NCBI RefSeq assembly: GCF_006345805.1
Contig: NW_021833061.1
Coordinates: 68,289 to 132,288 of the forward strand
Origin: Octopus sinensis
Lineage: Eukaryota
DNA length: 64,000 nucleotides
Direction of reading: 5' to 3'
Shown here piece after piece: positions 58,480-64,000 of the stretch. The position numbers were made by a program, and so were the translations under genes. The notes under the pieces are model-generated. The model had not been told where the DNA came from and did no database searches. It worked only from the letters and a program-made list of their open reading frames with translations. How positions within the stretch are numbered: position 1 is the stretch's first letter; every line of letters begins with the position of its first letter.

Positions 58480-58895
58480 TAATGCAAAAAGATGCGGAAG
58501 TACTCTTCACTTGTGGAGATCCCGTGAGGCCAATACGATGTCATCCGCATAAGATAGGATGAAATCATTATTGTCGGTAGGGGGCGGAAGATCTTCCAGG
58601 AAGAAGTTTAAAAGGGCCGAGGATAAAGGGGATCCCTGTTAATTGCTCTTTGCCGCGTGGCGAATGATTTTCCACATTTCTCTTATTGATCGATTTCAGT
58701 TTACAGTTTTAAGACCCCGATTCAATTTCAAACACTTTAATCCGGCTCCGTCAAAAACGGCCTGCCGCCCGGTGGGATCTTGTATGGGCTCGTGGAAAGA
58801 TCACCCAGCGAAGATGAGGTCCCTCGTCGACTGCATCGGGATCACGTTACTTTTGTTTGACTCTTATCGTGGTCTTGGCGTTTAAATAAATAAAT
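58480..58895 (+). mobile_element. Retroelement 3' end sharing its tail with the SINE at 25978-26401
   Basis: ...cgtcgactgcatcgggatcac...gtggtcttggcgtttaaataaataaat versus the SINE tail ...cgtcgaagtgcgtcggatcac...gtggtcttggtgtttaataaataaat. Confidence 0.6.
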
Positions 58896-59249
58896 ATGTT
58901 CTGATATAGATCATCATGTCTGAAGTCATTCGTAGGATTTCTTGAGACGATTTCTTTCCTTGGCCAAGGCAGACCTCCTTCGACCAGTAGCAGCATGTCG
59001 TTGGTATAGGATCTTCCTGCCTCCAGAATTATTTTTTTGAAGTACATAATAACCGTGTCCAGAGAACTAAAGCTGATCAGATGACAATTCTTTATTTTTT
59101 ATAAAGTTGGAAGAGTATTAACTAACCCGAGGGATTATCAAACCGTGAGATATGAATCCTCACTAAAAAGGTGTCAAACTTAACTCATACTCAGATCGTC
59201 AGTAAAGGACAAGTCAGAATATAATAATTGCTTTCCTGGGATTACAAAG

Positions 59250-59800
59250 TTGGATGAAATCGTCGATGAATTGTTAACAGACTAGTTTTGTTGTGATCAA
59301 GTTTTTAAGCACATTGGAGATGTATGCCGACAGTCAATCCAACATGAGATCAGGTTGAAAATCAGGAAAAATAAACTCACAATTGATTTTAAATAAAGAA
59401 AATAATACTATAAGTATAGTGAATGAGAAGGATTGGTTATTTAGTTTAATTGCCAGAAGAGAACTGAATCCTGACTCGCATAAAATTCATACAAAGCCTT
59501 TGAAATACTTGTGTATACATTTTCACTATTAAACTCCAAAACTCTTCTAATGTACAGTTGTGAAACTTTATAAGTTCATTGGTTGTTCTAAGATCGATCA
59601 GATTTTCTTTGAGTTTATGATCATCGGACATAATTTTCAGATTACACGAAAATGGACTCCAAAGTCATTCATACGAAATATTTAGTACGAAGAGTAGGAT
59701 TCATTAAATTTTGATCACTTTTTCAGTGGTTTGAAATTCGTGACATTATATCTTTCTATAGAGATAATTTATTTTTGAATGCCGCAGCTTTTTCGTGGCA
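59250..59800 (-). pseudogene. hAT transposase C-terminal remnant
   Basis: LKENLIDLRT...LEEFW...; heavily decayed. Confidence 0.5.
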
Positions 59801-60165
59801 TTTGACTATCTTTACCTTGAAGAGATAAACTTAAGTTATTCATGTGAGTAAAAATGTCAGTCAGATAAGCCAGAATCTGAATAAATTTGTGATTCTAAAT
59901 ATTGCTATAAATCACAGTTATATTAATAATGAAATAATTTTACTTCTCTTAACTCAAAGAAACGGGTTAAAGCTTGACATCTTGAGAGCCAGCAAATTTC
60001 AATATGAAATAATAAAGTATGAAAAATATTTGCTCTTTAAAAATTAACTATTAATCTTAATAACCTCGCATCCGCAAAAATTTTTCTTTAACTTTCCGTT
60101 ACGAACCGCTGATTTAGATCTTTCGTGATTATAAATACAGAATCCCTGTAAACCAGTGTCTAATC

Positions 60166-60554
60166 CAGGGATGGCAAAGATTTTCAGCCAATGTACCAAA
60201 AATAGAAATTTACAATTTTAGGTGTGTCCAGTAAAATTATTACCTTAAAAAGCTAATTAAAAATTTAAAAGGTCACTGTCAGTATTGTGAGGTCTTTTTA
60301 TATGAAACTGATAATTGATCATTTTCAATTATTTCCAAAGTATATCTCAAATCAACAAATTTTTGTTTCCAAATAGAACTGTAAACTATAGGAGGGTTAA
60401 CCTTGATAAAACAAAATGTTAAAATTATTAAATAGAATTTATATCCCTTCATATTTTAATATTTTAAAAACAGAAATTCAAAATTTCAAAATGTGTCATC
60501 AAAAGTTTCAAAAGTCCCACCCATAGCACGCGTGCCAGTGTTTTGCCATCCCTG
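60166..60554. mobile_element. hAT-type MITE (389 bp)
   Basis: TIR CAGGGATGGCAAA...TTTGCCATCCCTG; TSD GTCTAATC / GTCTAAGT (6 of 8 match, central TA). Confidence 0.82.
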
Positions 60555-61006
60555 GTCTAAGTAAATAGAGTACAAGAAACCACGAAAAAGAGAATTCACT
60601 TTCAGAAAAAGAGGGAAAAAGATTAAATTTAATCATAAAAGTGGTTTTTAATTTTAACCGCTCTAAAAAATATGCAACTATAGGACATACGACACTTTTT
60701 GTGGAAATATAAACTGTTTTCAAGGAAATTAAGCAGTGGACTGTGTTCTCACTCATTTACCGAAGAGTGCTGATATGTATAAAAACATCAGAAGATATTT
60801 ATACTCAGCTTATTTAATCACTCTAGAAATATATCACTGATAATTTATCAGTGATAATTGACACTAAATTACAGAATAAAATTAACATTAAAAAAATTGC
60901 AGATAGAGACCTCAGGAATTTTCGGAAAGGCCGTGATTTAACTTCTCATTGACATTGGTAGGAGGATCTTCTCGAAGATATAAATAAAATTCATATTTAT
61001 TAAAAT

Positions 61007-61466
61007 CAAGAATAATTTAAAAAGAAAACAAATGACGGAAAACGCCCAGACGGAATGACAATCTTTCCTTTTCGGGAGGGCAAGTGCCTTGTCTGGGATG
61101 CTACGTGCATTGACTCTTTCTCTCCATCGGCAATCATGTCATCTGCCACTTCCCCCGGGTCCGCTGCGGAAAAGGCTGAGACGGCCAAAATTAAAAAATA
61201 CCAAGAACTTGGACGCCGTTTTATATTCGTACCAATCGCTTTGGAGACATCGGGCGTCGCAGGGCCTCTAACCTCGGCCTTCATCAGCGACATCGGAGGA
61301 AATTTGCCCACAGGACGAAAGAGCCACGCGAGGTTTCGTGGCTATTGCAGCGGATATCCATCGCCATTCTCCGTGGCAACACGCATGCGGTACTTTCCGC
61401 AGGAGGGTGCGAGCTTTAGCCCCCCCAGAATTCCCCCTCTGTACATTCCTAACTTAATTTGTTTTC
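61007..61466 (+). mobile_element. 5'-truncated CRE-clade insertion
   Basis: DGKRPDGMTIFPFREGKCLVWDATCIDS...AEKAETAKIKKY...FVPIALETSGVAG; 12-bp TSD ATTTATTAAAAT at 60995-61006 and 61467-61478. Confidence 0.88.
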
Positions 61467-63277
61467 ATTTATTAAAATTAAAATTATCAAACTATGATTA
61501 ACCTATTTTTAAAGGTAAGCCTGATAAATTATAGGATGCTGATACACGTGGTTGACCTAGTTTATTGCTCTTTTATGTGTACTTTGCTACATTATTATTT
61601 AATTTGATTCTTAAGGAATAACTCTTCATGAACATTCATTTCCTGATTTCAGAATTTGAAATTTTATCATTTGTATCATTTATTTTGATTTTATTCCTTC
61701 AAAGTGAATCTCTTTTATTATTTGGACATTTTTTTGTTTTTATACTTCATCTTATTCTGATTTATCTATTAACAAAAAATTTATTTAAAATAACGAAGGA
61801 TCAAAAAAGGATCAAATAAAATCAATCAGTAGGAGACATTCAATAAATTAAAGTCTTTGATTTTGTCCGTTTTACGGCGTGTTTACTATCTGGCTATATC
61901 GTAGTCTACCAAAATCACTAAAAATGTGGATTTTCACAAAAGTCCTGACATGATTAAATAAAAACACCGACTTGTCCTCTGAACTTATGAAACCCAAAGA
62001 CGGAGTGATAAGTTCTTAGATGCTTGTTGTCGAATATTTTTTACCAGCTCCGACTGAAAACACATCCATTATGACTGGTTTATGGAAAGAATCGGACACA
62101 ATGGATGTGTTAACAACTCCCAAAACTGATTCCACGGAGATTTTACAACTGATATCAGTTCTAAACAACAATATCTTTTTTATATAAATTTACTTAAATT
62201 TTCAACATGAGAATAATTCAAAATAATTTCCTCGATTGTTCTAGAATCTAGAACTCCCCGTTATCCTCGAAGTCCCTGGCGAGCCCAAGGAGGAGGACTC
62301 TTACCTGCCCTACCTTGCGTTCAAGCCTGACAAGCCGATGCATGCCAGGACCGAGCGGGCTGGACTTTTCCAGTTCCCCTTCAACGCTGTAAAAGTTCTC
62401 ATACTTCTCCCACCCATGCAGGAATTGGGTGGGGTCCCTTTTCAGGATTCTATACCACTTAGATGGTTGTATCGAGTCCAGAATACAAAATTATTCTAGA
62501 ATATTCTTAAAATTTCTAAATACAGTTTGAGAGAAGTGTCATTAAAATGAAAAAGTTTCCGTCTCGAACACGTGTGTATATTCCCTCCACAGTCCAATTA
62601 ATAAAGCAATTGGATTTAAAGATATAAATGTCGACGATTTATTCTGTGAATTTGTTAATGTTACATCGTTCTGGTCAGCAAAAAATAAGGATTGGAAAAC
62701 TAATCAGGATAATTGCGAATTAAATATAAACGAATTTCTTAGTTAATTTTAGCTAAAGATATTTTTTGTTTTACTGTAAAAATTTTTTTGTCTAGGCCGG
62801 ATTTTGATTATTGAAATCAACAAATGTCCCGTATTTCCAGAATAATAAAGTGGTCATACAGGACATAAACAAGAGACCAAATGCCAACCAAAAATGAGTA
62901 GCTCTACCAGAGAGTATTTCAGTGACAATTTGCGATTCCCACACTTCTTTCTTACATTAGGACTAGACAATCAACAAGTAACTTTCTTTGATCTTATTTT
63001 AGTAGCCAAGTTAAAGTTTGCAAGTTTAAATATGTTTGCACAAATTAGAATGTTACTTGGTTTATGCTTTTGTGGATGACACTACTTAAATGAATTTACT
63101 CAGCACACAATTTCTGCATTATTCCTCCCATGTCTTTTTTGTCATTTCAACAATGCCTTATCAATGAAACCTTATTATTATTCAATTTTAGAATAATGCA
63201 AATTGGCCACAATTACAAAGATAGCCCAAGACCGCAGTAAATTCAAATAAAACAACCCTAATGCGCATTGTTTGAGA

Positions 63278-64000
63278 ATGTTTCAAACAAGCACTGCACG
63301 AGCCATTAACCAAATGTTATCCTGGTCCAAAAAAGTGTGTGCCGGCTACCCGGGACTAGAAATAAAGGACATGAACAAGTCATGGAAAGACGGTCGAGCA
63401 TTCTGCGCAATAGTTCATCGATTCAGACCCGATTTGTTGTAAGAACAGAGATTGCAACTCCTAGGGACTTTGGACACCTCAATCCCGATGATGTCTACGG
63501 AAACAACGACATGGTAAATCCTTGTCTAACTCTTCAGATCTTTGCCCTTGCTGAACAGAAACTCGGAATCCCCGCTTTTTTAGACCCAGAGGATATGGTT
63601 GCACTGCCGTACCCTGACCGACTGAGTATAATGACATATCTTCTCCAATTCTACCAATACTTTAAAGACACCCCAATAGGTTTTTACGAAAACAAAATTT
63701 AGGTCCACGTCCGCCATTGAATCGCAAGAAATTGAACAAAGACCAAGGTCTCACGTTGGGAAGGAAAAGAACAGTCACTGTAAATGAGACAGCCGTCGGG
63801 GTCAAAGAGTGTGCTCGATGTAAAAAGAAGATATATATGCTGGAAATGGATGTGGAAGACGGTCTTTCCGTGCACAGGACATGTAAACAAGCTCCAAAAC
63901 AGTCTCTGGAGTTGGACGACATTCCTTTGGTGACTGCCAAACGGCGGGAAGATGGGACGATCCAAATTAGCACTCCTTCGTGTTCTCAGTTCCACGGTGC
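63278..64000 (+). CDS. MICAL-like / EHBP1-family CH-domain protein with a LIM-like motif (runs off the window)
   Basis: MLSWSKKVCAGYPGLEIKDMNKSWKDGRAFCAIVHRFRPDLL|DF...|IFALAEQKLGIPAFLDPEDMVALPYPDRLSIMTYL.QFY; CARCKKKIY...VHRTC. Confidence 0.85.

Larger units (their letters stand above)
59160..62035. repeat. Copy B of the unclassified repeat, interrupted by hAT pieces and a CRE fragment
   Basis: See copy A. Confidence 0.75.

Noticed and set aside
58847-59047. 66-aa minus-strand ORF as a gene
   Set aside because: No recognisable motif or splice structure, and it overlaps a retroelement tail.

Overview
Eukaryotic (animal-type) nuclear DNA from a compact-gened but transposon-rich genome. Host genes are split by very short GT-AG introns, mostly 22-28 nt, which fragments the ORF track. 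This fits a dicyemid-like reduced metazoan best; that is an inference, and myxozoans or orthonectids are alternatives. Recognisable host genes: EMG1/NEP1, an ERM (moesin-like) protein, AP3D1, a divergent nuclear receptor, GAK/auxilin, a RagC/D-like GTPase, a DDHD phospholipase, TAPT1, PWP2, a disrupted proteasome beta-like gene and a MICAL-like CH-LIM gene. Roughly half the window is mobile DNA: hAT/Buster, Tc1, IS630-like, pogo/Tigger, Ginger-type integrase DNA transposons, APE-type LINEs, R4/Dong-like and CRE-like RLE retroelements, and a tRNA-derived SINE. The main structure is a five-level nest: an old LINE split by a 12.5-kb hAT that holds a Tc1, two Ginger elements, a LINE, a full-length R4-like element and a SINE, with target-site duplications readable at every junction. 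Most notable: Ginger transposases with host-sized micro-introns, a TTAGGG-variant array inside one Ginger, apparent length-based 3' splice-site choice, a proteasome beta-like gene with little or no propeptide, and a nuclear receptor with a non-canonical P-box. No prokaryotic features, CRISPR arrays, rRNA or true tRNA genes were seen.
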